From a virus, in the UHGV virus genome UHGV-1358930: a DNA stretch of 64,000 nt, one strand, 5' to 3'. The notes below the pieces were generated by a model, which was not told the origin of the DNA, did not search any database, and worked only from the letters and a program-made list of their open reading frames with translations. Made by a program: the position numbers and the translations under genes. Each line of letters begins with the position of its first letter. Positions within the stretch are counted from its first letter, which is position 1. Shown piece after piece: positions 9,721-20,132 of the stretch.

Positions 9721-10490
9721 TTTAAGGAGAAAGTTTCTCTAACATTCATTGACGTATGTAATCTATTGTAAAGCATTGTTTCTGCAGTTTTTAGTTTACT
9801 TTTTACTGTTTTGCTATCTAATCCATACATATCACATATTTTAAATATATCAGAATCTGTAAGTTTGTGCTCTCTATCTATCATCTCTCTCATCAGAAGT
9901 TCTTCAATAGTATCATAATTATCAGAAGATAGGGAGGTTAATTCAATCGACGGGATGTCCTCAGAAGTCAAGAAGGGTTCATGCTTATCAAGATCAGCTA
10001 TGTATAAGGTTCCAAATATGGCTTTTAATGAATCCATCTTATCTACAGGTAAATGTAACCTTGGATCGGATAGATCTTCGTATTTAACTTGACCCCAATG
10101 TTTACCTAACTGTTCTCCGACTTCCATACATAAAGATCTACGAATGGAGTATTTAACTTCGTTCAACTCTCTTTCAATCATCTCTCCTATACGAAGTAAA
10201 TAAAATACTGAAAACGATAGATCTTGTCTATATCCTTTATGTGTTTCATCACCCTGCCATTTGTACCACCAAAAACATTCACAAAAATGAGTCAGAGCTG
10301 ATTGAAGTTTATCTTCATATGTAACAGTAGAATTGTTGATAAATGTTCTACTTGCTACATATCCAAAAAACGCATAGTTAAGCTCTATTATCTCATCGCG
10401 TTGTTTGAAACATTTCATTCGCTCTGCTTTATTTTGTGGCATAGTCGAATATATGTCTAAGGTTCGTTGTTTTATTTCCTCATTAGTCAT
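9717..10490 (-). CDS. Putative phage-encoded sigma factor-like transcription regulator
   Basis: Weak region-2-like ('DEIIELNYAFFGYVASRT') and C-terminal HTH region-4-like segment; only - strand gene in the early region. Confidence 0.3.
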   Translation of the reverse strand: MTNEEIKQRTLDIYSTMPQNKAERMKCFKQRDEIIELNYAFFGYVASRTFINNSTVTYEDKLQSALTHFCECFWWYKWQGDETHKGYRQDLSFSVFYLLRIGEMIERELNEVKYSIRRSLCMEVGEQLGKHWGQVKYEDLSDPRLHLPVDKMDSLKAIFGTLYIADLDKHEPFLTSEDIPSIELTSLSSDNYDTIEELLMREMIDREHKLTDSDIFKICDMYGLDSKTVKSKLKTAETMLYNRLHTSMNVRETFSLK

Positions 10491-10499
10491 TTTCTAGCA

Positions 10500-11740
10500 C
10501 TCCCGTATCAATTGATGAAATTCTGAAATATTGAAATATTTAATAAACTGAGTAATGTGTAGAATATTGTGAAAACTGAAAATATGAACCTTTGTTAATC
10601 TTACATGTAGAGGTATGTTTAAATCTACAAATATATTATATGAACTTAGTTAGCAGAAGTCAATGTAAATTAGCCAATTCATATCAAAATTTTTATTGAA
10701 ATCAGCAGATTTTCAGAATTTTGAAGTTTTACACAATTTGATCTAACTATAAAGCTAGATAGGAAATAACTATAACAAGCTGTTTGGCATATAGATATGT
10801 TATAGCGAGACTTGAATAGCACTATAAGATAAATAACACGAACTTATCGCAATATCCGAAATTTAGAAATATTGAAGATTTGTGTATGGATCATCTTAAA
10901 CATTGAAATCTACAAAATCTACAATATCTGAAATTTTGAGATATTGTAAATTTGAATACTTTAACATACGTATATTGAATGTGCTTAAAAGATTAAATTT
11001 TCGTAAATTATTTTATTTATAGTTAAAATTTATGATTTGTTAATAGTTATAAACAGTATAAAAGTGATCTATTATTATAAGTGTCACCGTCTAGGTATAT
11101 ATGTATTCAATATATCATATAGTAGATATGTAAGTATTATATATCAAGCACATATCAAAATACTATAGCAAACTAAGTTATATAGGTAATCCCTATATCA
11201 AGGTGTAATCTATATACAGTAATCCCTCACAGCGTAAGTTGAGCATAAACAATGAAATTGAGACATGTAGATATATTATCGCTATATATCTAAACAAATT
11301 GATATAGTATTGACATATAGAGAATCACGTGATATTATAGCAAAACTTCATGGTTATGAAACTTCTATGTAACAAAATCAGTCAGAAACCACCAAAATTT
11401 GAATATTTCAGAATATTGAAATTTCAATAATATGTAAATTTTACAATCTTTCAGAATCGTGAATATTTCAAAATATGAAAATTTCAACTTTCCGCTAAAA
11501 TCACCAGAATTTAGTAAAATTGAAAGAATATGAAAATTTGATGCCTTCAATCTTTCAGAATCTGGTCATTTGGCCGCTTTAATATTATTAAAGAAATTAA
11601 AGTAATTAAAGTTATAATGTTATTAAAGTTATTTTAAAGGAATTAGCCAATTAAAGTAAAAAAGAATTAAAGTAAAAACTCGCAAGCTCGTTTTTACTTT
11701 TTGGTTTGTAATCTGAGAACATAAATTCTGTCAGTAGATA
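10500..11740. repeat. AT-rich non-coding region with dispersed short direct repeats (gaaatattgaaatatt; tttcagaat; gaatatttca(g/a)aat; atgaaaatttcaa; >=6 copies of ATTAAAGT at 11590-11690)
   Basis: No credible ORFs; multiple repeated 8-15-mers; candidate early-promoter/origin/host-takeover region. Confidence 0.5.
11310..11338 (+). promoter_or_regulatory. Consensus sigma-A promoter TTGACA-17-TATTAT
   Basis: ttgaca(11310-15) + 17-nt spacer + tattat(11333-38). Confidence 0.55.
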
Positions 11741-12008
11741 CCTCTATGCTGAAACGCATTGACGTACTTTTATGCGATCATGCGAAACACATAGACGTGG
11801 GCGTGACCTAAACACTACAGTTGATACTGCACATGGTCGGTTCAAACTACGTAGTAGTTGAATTTTTGAGTAATTTGGTGGCGCTTGCGTTGAATATCTG
11901 TCTTCGTCTCGTGTATGCAACGCACGTATGAGTCTCATATGCAAAAAAAATATTCGCCAGCGCATTGGCAAATATCTGTTAGATTTCAAAAATTTATAAA
12001 ATTCGGGG

Positions 12009-12037
12009 TTGACTTTTTGAAGCAGATACCTTATACT
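12009..12037 (+). promoter_or_regulatory. Near-consensus sigma-A promoter TTGACT-17-TATACT
   Basis: ttgact(12009-14) + 17 nt + tatact(12032-37). Confidence 0.55.
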
Positions 12038-12039
12038 AT

Positions 12040-12490
12040 GGGTGTAGGTTCACCTAACAAGTTAAAACTCAGTTGAGCGTAGCACCTCGACTACTTACTA
12101 CTTCTGCTAGGCAGCTTCATGATAGAGTCAGCGCAAGATCGTCGAAGCAGGTAACTTGTTAGAAACCGAATCGTTAATGTACTTAGCAAACCGCCACCAG
12201 GTAACTCCTATCGAGCTTGAAATTGAATAATCTCAAGATTGGTCAACAAAATCTTCTTTCAGAAGAGGCGCCAGTTTTGTACTCATCTTCTACTCACTTT
12301 TCGATAGGGGTGCTGGTAGTTGCTAAGCTATCAGTTTAGGTTTGCTAAAGTAGAAATAATCATCTACGTGAATTAGCCGGTATCTAGAGGTCGCTACTCG
12401 ACGGTACGACGTTGTAGCATGCGTAGAAGCTGCAGCTGATGTGATGAGTGCAAAACTGACGCCTTTCTTTTGTTTATTTAGTAGTTCGGA
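12040..12490 (+). ncRNA. Candidate structured non-coding RNA: ~450 nt GC-richer ORF-less segment immediately downstream of a strong promoter
   Basis: No ORF >=60 aa on + strand; local GC clearly above flanks; contains AATCGTTAATGTA motif copy (12169). Confidence 0.25.
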
Positions 12491-12504
12491 GGGCTAAAGC
12501 ATAC

Positions 12505-13872
12505 ATGGATATCTACACCGCAATGAATTCTATAAATAAGCTTGAAAATTTCATTATCAACGAATTTGATTTTGCAAAAGGAATGTATAGATCTACAATG
12601 ACTAAGCTCAAAGAGATTGATAAGAAATGTAACGCAATTTCGACTAAATTGAATTCTTCTTTATCTGATGCAGGTGTAGAAGACAAAGTTAGTAAAGCTA
12701 TCGAATTGACAAATCAGCTGAATATTTTGCTATCTGAGTTATCTGCGTCAGAAATTGAAAGTTCTAGAGAATTGAAAGAATCTTTCAAGTCTTGCGCAGC
12801 TATTTTTGTTATAGACGAAGATAAACCTCCAGCGACTGATAAGAGACTAGAAAATAAGCTAGATGCAATTTTAGATATATTGAAGAATTCTTCAATTTCT
12901 GATAAATTTACTAGTATTGAATCTAATCAATTTAATAAGCCTCTTGAAATTACAGAAAATGAGGATTCTAATGCGGTTGTGAGCAGATCCAGCGTTGCTG
13001 CAGATCAAATGAACGCATCTGAGACAGATTGCACTACTGTTGTTGATGTTAATCCTGTTTCATCATCTAACAATGAAGAACACACAAGTGCTTCTAATTC
13101 ACTATCTTCAGATGTCAACCGGCGTCAGATATTCAAACGATTTGTCTCTACAATGGAGTATGCAAAGACTCATTCTACAAATTATCCATTGGCTGACGTT
13201 GCAAAAGACTTGATTGTGGAGTGGTTTCAAGCTAGATTTTGTGATCCGACAACGCATTTCAAGTATAGACATCGAACTATTATAACTGGTATGTTGTCAA
13301 TTACACTAGAAGTCGCTAGGAAGTATGCGTCATATTGTAAAGAGTCTTGGAGGCAGATATTAGATGTTTGGCCAAAGGTTAAGACGTCTGATATCTTAAG
13401 TGTCTCTTCTTTGATATCTGATATTCGTTCAAATAACATGCAATTTGCTTTGAGTTACGAGCTACAGTCTGCTATGTCAGATCCTGATGTTTTTGTTGAA
13501 CGGTATGGTGAATATAAATTTACAGCAGTATGCGCTGAATATGTTTGGTACATACTTACTACTACAGTTTTTAAGAAAATCTGTGCAGACGATGCATCTA
13601 ACCATTTCGGAGTATCTGCAAGCTACTACATTACAAAACACAGTTTATGGGACTTGCTACTTAGCCATGAGGATAGCATCTATTTAGGTAATAAGGATAT
13701 GTGTGATGTAGATGGTTACATATTTTCACCTGAAGGCATAGAATTCTGCGAAGACATGGAACTTAATCCGCATAAAATGGTTACTCATATTGAAACGTAT
13801 GACGCAGTCGATAAACATGATAAACATGTTGCAGCTAAGCAGGCGGAGAAGTTAGAGGAGGGCTTGATTTGA
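12505..13872 (+). CDS. Hypothetical protein (455 aa)
   Basis: Long ORF, first gene after promoter region. Confidence 0.5.
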   Translation: MDIYTAMNSINKLENFIINEFDFAKGMYRSTMTKLKEIDKKCNAISTKLNSSLSDAGVEDKVSKAIELTNQLNILLSELSASEIESSRELKESFKSCAAIFVIDEDKPPATDKRLENKLDAILDILKNSSISDKFTSIESNQFNKPLEITENEDSNAVVSRSSVAADQMNASETDCTTVVDVNPVSSSNNEEHTSASNSLSSDVNRRQIFKRFVSTMEYAKTHSTNYPLADVAKDLIVEWFQARFCDPTTHFKYRHRTIITGMLSITLEVARKYASYCKESWRQILDVWPKVKTSDILSVSSLISDIRSNNMQFALSYELQSAMSDPDVFVERYGEYKFTAVCAEYVWYILTTTVFKKICADDASNHFGVSASYYITKHSLWDLLLSHEDSIYLGNKDMCDVDGYIFSPEGIEFCEDMELNPHKMVTHIETYDAVDKHDKHVAAKQAEKLEEGLI

Positions 13873-15191
13873 AACGTATATTTAGCGAAGCGGGGTTAGA
13901 GAACTACTCGCCTATTCAGTTAAAACGGTCTCCGATGCAAATGGTAATACGAGACGAAATAGCCCGTATTATTCAAAATTTTAGAAATACTCAGAAATAC
14001 AAAAAATCTGCGTTGCGTGCACTGAACATATTGATGTATGCCACATTCTCAAACTCGTATCCGCCTGGCTGGAGCTCTGATGATGGATCTGCTCCTGTAG
14101 TATCATATTTTTCTAAGTTATCTGAAGAAGATATTCGAGCAGAGATTGGAGATTACTATTTAGATTATGTGGATGTTAAGTGGATTGATATTCCAGAATC
14201 TAATAGTTCTGATAACGCAAGTATAGCGCCTACGAAGTCAAAAAAGCTTGCGCAGAATTCTATTGATAATAATTCTAAATCTGATAGTAGTACTCCAGAT
14301 GACAAAATATTTGACAGCCTAGAAACTGTTGACCTAGATGAAGCACTTAGCGCATTAAATGATAAAAGCACTTCAGCGTCTAGCAGTCAATCCAAAGAAG
14401 CTGGCAGCACTTTAGGTAGTAATCATCTTGATACGATCTATGATGAAGTTAGACCAAATTCTAAGCCGGAGGATCTTTGGTTGAATGGGCCCGCAGTACC
14501 ACAAATTGATACGTCTAAAATCTGGAGACGAGGTATTGTAGACGATACTGAATTAGTGATATATCATAGTTTACCTGAAATTCCTACACGTCAGTGTGAA
14601 ATCTCCATCACTACAGATTCTAGTAAATTAGCTAAGACAGATCTAATGAAATTATATCCAGACTGTATGTTTTATACTAGGCCGATGATACTATATTCCG
14701 AATCTTGCGGATTGAAGATGCATAAAACCTTTGGTGGCATAATACCAATCAAAGGCTTCACACAAAAGCAGATCATTGATAATATCGTAAAATATCCAGT
14801 AGTTACTGGTATGACTAGAGAAGGCAAAAAGCACGGACGGTCTATATTTGTTGAATTTGAAAAATTCATAGAAATTGACGGTGAGTTATATAAGACAACA
14901 GACATGATTGATAAATTACCTGACCTGAAAACGCTGAAGCCTTCATGGTCAATTATCGCTGAATACGTCGTTCGTCGTTATTTACTTGAGAGAGACATCT
15001 TACATATAGACCATAAGTACAAGATGTATGGAACGCTAGATCCATACTTAACATTGTTCATGCCGTCTCAAGATTATGTATCTGCTGGGCACAAAGATGT
15101 TGTAGCTATTGCAAAACATTGCGTAGAGTCTAGAGTAAGCTATCTCCAGAGTAGAAGTCCCATCATTCGGAGGTTAGAAGAAAATGCATGA
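13869..15191 (+). CDS. Hypothetical protein (440 aa)
   Basis: Overlapping start/stop coupling. Confidence 0.5.
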   Translation: MKRIFSEAGLENYSPIQLKRSPMQMVIRDEIARIIQNFRNTQKYKKSALRALNILMYATFSNSYPPGWSSDDGSAPVVSYFSKLSEEDIRAEIGDYYLDYVDVKWIDIPESNSSDNASIAPTKSKKLAQNSIDNNSKSDSSTPDDKIFDSLETVDLDEALSALNDKSTSASSSQSKEAGSTLGSNHLDTIYDEVRPNSKPEDLWLNGPAVPQIDTSKIWRRGIVDDTELVIYHSLPEIPTRQCEISITTDSSKLAKTDLMKLYPDCMFYTRPMILYSESCGLKMHKTFGGIIPIKGFTQKQIIDNIVKYPVVTGMTREGKKHGRSIFVEFEKFIEIDGELYKTTDMIDKLPDLKTLKPSWSIIAEYVVRRYLLERDILHIDHKYKMYGTLDPYLTLFMPSQDYVSAGHKDVVAIAKHCVESRVSYLQSRSPIIRRLEENA

Positions 15192-15768
15192 TTGTATATA
15201 TACACCATATTGTACATACAAACAATGCGACTTAGCTTGTCCTAATAGAGCTGAAGTGAATTGTTGGTTCAAACGATGCCGACTTGATATGTCAAATAAT
15301 TGCTTGCATACTAATATCCGAAATATTGAGAAAGCCGAGGATCTACTAAGTAACAAGTATGGAGAAACTGTGTGGTTTCCCACAGATAATCCTTCAGATG
15401 CAAGCGACACTATTTGCTACGTAGCTATTTGCAAATATGGTAAAGGTACTGCTCTTGGAAACGGAATATACAATCTGGATTTTGCAAAATTTATAGATAT
15501 GATCAAGGAGTCCTGGAATACGCATTTTGAAACAGATAACTTAATTCAGATGCGTGTGTGGTCTTTGTCTGCAAATTACCTAGTTATCTCAAATCTAGAT
15601 TATGTTAGATTTCAAGATTTTGAAAGTCAAACGTTGCTAAGGCTTCTGAATGATCGAAGAGATTATACAAAGACAACTGTAGTAGTTACTAGTAAAGAAC
15701 CTTTGGTCGGCAGCGGAAATTTCTTTCCTAGATTGACTTCTTTGCTAAAGGGGGTCAAGAGCAATTGA
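15184..15768 (+). CDS. Hypothetical protein (194 aa), possibly replication-associated
   Basis: Immediately precedes dnaB with overlap. Confidence 0.4.
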   Translation: MHDCIYTPYCTYKQCDLACPNRAEVNCWFKRCRLDMSNNCLHTNIRNIEKAEDLLSNKYGETVWFPTDNPSDASDTICYVAICKYGKGTALGNGIYNLDFAKFIDMIKESWNTHFETDNLIQMRVWSLSANYLVISNLDYVRFQDFESQTLLRLLNDRRDYTKTTVVVTSKEPLVGSGNFFPRLTSLLKGVKSN

Positions 15769-18188
15769 CGAATTCAGTAGAACTTCAAGTTATTTGTAAA
15801 ATTTTAACAAGTCAAGATGATTCTGAAATTGATAGGCTGTGTGCGTTTGATGAATCCTATTACGCAGTATTCAAAGATCAGATCAAATTTATTCTAGATC
15901 ATAGAGAAAAATATCATACTGTCCCAGACTTGTTTACGTTCCAAGCTCAATTCGAAGACATTGTTTTGATTGATGTAAACGAATCTGCAGATTTTTTAGT
16001 AGACGGACTTCGGAAAAACAAGCAGCAGATCATACTCTTACAAACATTCAATAAGCTATCTGAGTTAGGTTCTGCAGACGTTTCTGAAGCTTGGCAGTTC
16101 TTACAATCCCAATGCGACAAAGCTGCTCAACTTGATAATTCTAACCCGATGGATATCATCAAAGAAGCTCACAAGCGAAGTGATCAAGTTTTATCGCTAA
16201 GTAATCAAACAAGAATTCCTACAGGATTCAAAGAAGTAGATGAAACAATGTATGGAGGATTGTCAACTGTTGAAGAACTTTGTCTTGTAGTTGCTAGAAC
16301 TAACACAGGTAAAGCTCAGCCTCTTTGGAGTAATATCTTAACACCTACTGGGTGGAAGCGTATGCGAGATATTCAAGTAGGAGACATTGTATGCGGTAGA
16401 GATAATGACAATGGTAAAGTAGTTCAAATATTTCCGCAAGGTACAATTGACTACTATCGTGTAAAGTTTGATGATGGTACTTATACGGAGTGTTCTGCAG
16501 ATCATCTTTGGGAAGTTCTGGATAGTGAACGAAGGAAGCATGATAGAAAAACTTATGGTCAGTATCTTACATTGACTACTCGAGATATTCGGAATCATAT
16601 GTATCGCAGATACTCTGTTGATATGTGTGAACAAATTGAATTCGAGAGTGCTTTTGATACAGATAGTGAACTTGACGGATATTTTTTAGGAGCATTTATC
16701 GGGCATGGTAGAAATGTAGGTAACAAGCTATATATTCATTCTCTGTCCGATGTTTCAAAGCGACGTATAATTGATGCATTGTCTAAATATCGTTGTCAAT
16801 TCACAGAAAATGATCCAAATACACTCGTGATTGAGGATAAGAATGATGGTAAGCTTATCCAAAAGATGTTCGAGTACAACTTGATGAACTGCAAAGTCAT
16901 TGATAGACATATTCCGGATATATATTTTCATAGCCCTGTAAATGTTAGAAAAGCTCTGTTATCAGGTCTCTGCGATACAGATAGCACAATGTTATCAAAA
17001 AATCATAGAGGTTGGGTTTTCGTTACATCTTCAGATCAGCTTAAATCTGATTTTGTTTACATTGCTAGATCTTTAGGTGTAAAAGCAAAGGTGTCGACTG
17101 CAAGATCTGGTAGATGGGTTGACTTAGGTGTATCGCACGTTGCGAATACGTACCACAGGGTTATGTGTATCTCAAAATTCAATCCGTTTTATGGTTCACC
17201 AAATTACACAGAATTTGAACGCAGACAGGATAAAACTAAATTTAAAAATCGCAAGCGTGTTTGCAAATTCATTGATTCTATTGAATACGTAGGTAAGACG
17301 GAATGCCAGTGTATCATGGTAGACAATAAGACGCATACATATATTACAGATGATTTTATTGTCACACATAACACCTGGGTTACTACTAAGATGATGGAGT
17401 CTGCACAAGCGAATGGATTTCCTGTACTATATTATAGCCCAGAGATGCAATCTGCTTTCATTGGCACACGATTTGATACCTGGAGAGGTCACTTCCGAAA
17501 TAGCGATATTCAACGAGGTAAATACAGCGAAGACTACATTCAGTACATCAAAGACATTGTTAAAGAGGAAACTGGTGCATTTGTTGCAGAAGACAAAGAT
17601 ATGCCAGGAGGAAAAACAACTGTCAGGTCGATTGAAACTCTAGTCAAGCGACATCATATAAAGCTTGTTATCATTGATGGTCTGTCTTATATGGCAGATA
17701 CAGAAAAGTCTGATAGCGATGTTATTAAGTATAAAAATATATGTACTGGACTATTCCGAATGTCTAAAACATATGGATGTGCTGTAGTAGTATCTGTACA
17801 AGCTAATAGAGACACTAAATCTAATGTCGATGACAAAGGAGTCCCGTGGCCTGATATGTATTCGATTGAAGGCTCAGACCATCCAGGACGTATTGCAACT
17901 CAAGTATTTGCGCTTCGACAATTGTACGAAGAGCATACATTAGAGATAAAGCTGTTGAAGACTAGAAATGCAAAGAATGCAAATCCTACGTTCGCATATG
18001 TATGGGATCCAAATACAGGAAACACAGAGTTTGTTTCGGATGATGCATCGGCTGCTCCTCCTTCTGCTCCTGCACAGCCTAGCAAGTTCTCAACGCCGAC
18101 AGTGTCAGCAAAGATTGTACACACCGATATAGATGATAATCTAATCGATGCCAGTACAGATGACGATCTAGATGACGTTGAGTTTTGA
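15765..18188 (+). CDS. dnaB: DnaB-family replicative helicase interrupted by an intein in the Walker A (P-loop)
   Basis: N-extein ends 'ARTNTGK', C-extein resumes 'TWVTTK' reconstructing GxxxxGKT; downstream RecA-like fold motifs. Confidence 0.75.
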   Translation: MTNSVELQVICKILTSQDDSEIDRLCAFDESYYAVFKDQIKFILDHREKYHTVPDLFTFQAQFEDIVLIDVNESADFLVDGLRKNKQQIILLQTFNKLSELGSADVSEAWQFLQSQCDKAAQLDNSNPMDIIKEAHKRSDQVLSLSNQTRIPTGFKEVDETMYGGLSTVEELCLVVARTNTGKAQPLWSNILTPTGWKRMRDIQVGDIVCGRDNDNGKVVQIFPQGTIDYYRVKFDDGTYTECSADHLWEVLDSERRKHDRKTYGQYLTLTTRDIRNHMYRRYSVDMCEQIEFESAFDTDSELDGYFLGAFIGHGRNVGNKLYIHSLSDVSKRRIIDALSKYRCQFTENDPNTLVIEDKNDGKLIQKMFEYNLMNCKVIDRHIPDIYFHSPVNVRKALLSGLCDTDSTMLSKNHRGWVFVTSSDQLKSDFVYIARSLGVKAKVSTARSGRWVDLGVSHVANTYHRVMCISKFNPFYGSPNYTEFERRQDKTKFKNRKRVCKFIDSIEYVGKTECQCIMVDNKTHTYITDDFIVTHNTWVTTKMMESAQANGFPVLYYSPEMQSAFIGTRFDTWRGHFRNSDIQRGKYSEDYIQYIKDIVKEETGAFVAEDKDMPGGKTTVRSIETLVKRHHIKLVIIDGLSYMADTEKSDSDVIKYKNICTGLFRMSKTYGCAVVVSVQANRDTKSNVDDKGVPWPDMYSIEGSDHPGRIATQVFALRQLYEEHTLEIKLLKTRNAKNANPTFAYVWDPNTGNTEFVSDDASAAPPSAPAQPSKFSTPTVSAKIVHTDIDDNLIDASTDDDLDDVEF
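16314..17372 (+). mobile_element. DnaB intein (~353 aa), class-3-like (N-terminal Ala, Thr+1), with LAGLIDADG homing endonuclease motifs (LDGYFLGAFIGHG; KALLSGLCDTDS)
   Basis: Begins 'AQPLWSN' right after GK, ends 'FIVTHN|T'; block F Cys 'ECQCIMVD'. Confidence 0.65.
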
Positions 18189-18194
18189 TATACT

Positions 18195-18226
18195 CCCGCC
18201 GAATCAATATTCGGCGGGTTTGCTTT
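18195..18226 (+). terminator. Rho-independent terminator after dnaB (cccgccgaa...ttcggcggg + TTTGCTTT)
   Basis: 9-bp GC-rich perfect stem + T-run. Confidence 0.7.
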
Positions 18227-18262
18227 GGTGCGATCGTTAGATAAACTAAGAAGGGAGTTAAC

Positions 18263-18420
18263 ATCACACCAGATTTGAAAATAAACATTAAATACCTTTA
18301 TTTTCTTAATCTGTTCCTCTTTCAACGACCTTGCTTGACAAGTCAAGTCTTACTAGATCTCCAGAGGCGTTAATTTCCGCTTGTGCAGCGGTATTTGTTA
18401 TTTTTAGGAGAAAGCTATTC
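18263..18420 (-). ncRNA. Putative TnpB omega-RNA (reRNA) scaffold at tnpB 3' end/right end of element
   Basis: Conserved (>90% identical) in second copy at 63718-63880 while flanks diverge; position matches known omega-RNA location. Confidence 0.4.
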
Positions 18421-19540
18421 TCAAGCCCTCGTTCAATATATTCTTTGATGCATTGATATCTCTATCATGTGTTGTTTGACAATTAGGACAAGTCCAATTT
18501 CTAACTTCAAGATTTTTGACTTCTGGATTTTTGAATCCGCAACAGCTACAAGTTTGAGAAGACGGAAAGAAGGCGTCTATTTTGACAAGTTGTTTTCCAT
18601 ACCAGCTGCACTTGTAAGTCAATAGTTCAACGAATTTTGACCAGCTTGCGTCTGAAATTGCTCTTGCTAGTTTATGATTCTTGACCATATTTTTGACTTT
18701 CAAGTCTTCAACACAGATTATGTCGTGGTTTTTGACAAATTCTGTTGACAGCTTGTGCAAGAAATCATTTCGTTGATTTGAAACTTTCTCAAATTGTTTA
18801 GCAAGTCTGATTCTTGATTTGTTTCTGTTATTAGATCCTTTTTGCTTCTTCGAGAGCTGTCTTTGAAGTCTTCTTAACTTCTTAGTAGACTTTGAAAGGT
18901 ATTTCGGATTTTTGATCTTTTCACCGTCTGAAGTTATTGCGAAATCTTTGATGCCGAGGTCAATTCCTACAACAGATCCAGTTTTGTCAAACTCTTCAAT
19001 TTCAACATCTTTGCAACAGATACTTGCAAAATATTTTCCTGAAGCTGTTTTTGAGATGGTTGCCGAAAGCGGAGTTCCTTTGACATTTAAATTTCCTTTG
19101 AATTTAACCCATTTCAATTTAGGCAAGAAGATCTTGTTATCTAAACAATGAAATTGTGCAGGTGTGGAGTATGTAGCCTTATATGACTGTCTACTTGAAA
19201 GTTTCTTCTTAAATTTAGGATAACCTGGTTGCTTTCCATTCTTTACGTTTCTAAAGAAGTTTTGATACGCAGTATCAAGATCTCTAAGAGACGATTGCAA
19301 AGCCATTGCTTCAGGTTCTTTCAACCATGAATATTCGTCAAGCTTCTTGAGCTTTGTTAAATCTGCAGAATTTTGATTATATGTATTTGACTTTCTTGCC
19401 TCTTCATAATCTTTGATGGATTTAGCAAGATAGTAGTTGTAGACAAATCTGCAGCAGCCAAAGGTTTTTGCAATTTGCTCAATCTGCTGCTTGTTCGGAT
19501 ATATCCGTATTTTATAAGCTTTCAGAATCATTTTGGTCAT
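18404..19540 (-). CDS. tnpB: TnpB (OrfB) RNA-guided nuclease-like transposase accessory protein, IS605/IS607 family
   Basis: '[11 protein letters not shown]...FGCCRFVYN' N-term; C-terminal Zn finger 'CSCCGF...[18 protein letters not shown]'. Confidence 0.8.
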   Translation of the reverse strand: MTKMILKAYKIRIYPNKQQIEQIAKTFGCCRFVYNYYLAKSIKDYEEARKSNTYNQNSADLTKLKKLDEYSWLKEPEAMALQSSLRDLDTAYQNFFRNVKNGKQPGYPKFKKKLSSRQSYKATYSTPAQFHCLDNKIFLPKLKWVKFKGNLNVKGTPLSATISKTASGKYFASICCKDVEIEEFDKTGSVVGIDLGIKDFAITSDGEKIKNPKYLSKSTKKLRRLQRQLSKKQKGSNNRNKSRIRLAKQFEKVSNQRNDFLHKLSTEFVKNHDIICVEDLKVKNMVKNHKLARAISDASWSKFVELLTYKCSWYGKQLVKIDAFFPSSQTCSCCGFKNPEVKNLEVRNWTCPNCQTTHDRDINASKNILNEGLRIAFS

Positions 19541-20132
19541 CTGAAAGTGCCTCCTTGATTTTAGCTACGCTTCTCTTAGAATACATTTTCATTGAGTAAC
19601 AGTGCAGTAAACTTACGATTTCTTCAAAAATTTCTTCAGAATCAAGTTTTTCGGATCCTAGTTGGGACGCAACAACTATCTCTGTTCCAAATTTTCTAAA
19701 AAGATGATAAAATAGATCAAATCCTACTCTAGACAGTCTGTCTTTATAATTGATAACTACTTTCTCAACTTTATATTCCAATACATCGTCTAATAGTTCA
19801 AAAAACTGTTTTCTGTTTTCAAAAGAAATTCCGGAAGCAACCTCTTGAAAAACACCATCGACTTGAATTCCGGAATTCATGCAAAAACTGTTCAAAGATT
19901 CAAGTTGGTTCGCTAGATCCGATTTTTGAGATATTGTAGAAACTCTAGCGTAGATATAATTTTTTCTTGTTTGACCGTTATTTAATATAGAGTAGACGTC
20001 TTTATCATGATAGATGCGCTTACCTGTAGGTGTTAAGTCATAATGAATGAGTCCTCTTTTGCAATAATGACCAAGTGTTGGCTGTGAAATATTCAATAGT
20101 TGTAACACTTGTTTAGCTTTCATATTGATCAC
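19512..20132 (-). CDS. tnpA: IS607-type serine recombinase TnpA (MerR-like HTH + resolvase catalytic domain)
   Basis: '[17 protein letters not shown]' HTH then '[14 protein letters not shown]' catalytic Ser motif. Confidence 0.75.
   Translation of the reverse strand: MINMKAKQVLQLLNISQPTLGHYCKRGLIHYDLTPTGKRIYHDKDVYSILNNGQTRKNYIYARVSTISQKSDLANQLESLNSFCMNSGIQVDGVFQEVASGISFENRKQFFELLDDVLEYKVEKVVINYKDRLSRVGFDLFYHLFRKFGTEIVVASQLGSEKLDSEEIFEEIVSLLHCYSMKMYSKRSVAKIKEALSDDQNDSESL

Noticed and set aside
11380-11580. Possible CRISPR array
   Set aside because: The repeats are short (8-15 nt), variable, and irregularly spaced without unique spacers. They are not a CRISPR repeat-spacer structure.
11590-11720. 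Terminator hairpin 'gtaaaaactcgcaagctcgtttttac'
   Set aside because: The stem pairs only over the A/T run (gtaaaaac/gtttttac), with a poorly structured 10-nt loop. Too weak to call.
11365-11989. ORFs 11365..11550 (-) and 11744..11989 (-) in the intergenic region
   Set aside because: They overlap repeat-rich non-coding DNA, have Arg/Leu-rich low-complexity translations, and lack RBS. Treated as non-coding.
11745-12490. tRNA genes in the GC-richer non-coding patches
   Set aside because: I could not assemble a convincing cloverleaf from the GGTTCAAAC-like segment (acceptor, D, anticodon and T arms) by eye. Left as a candidate ncRNA only.
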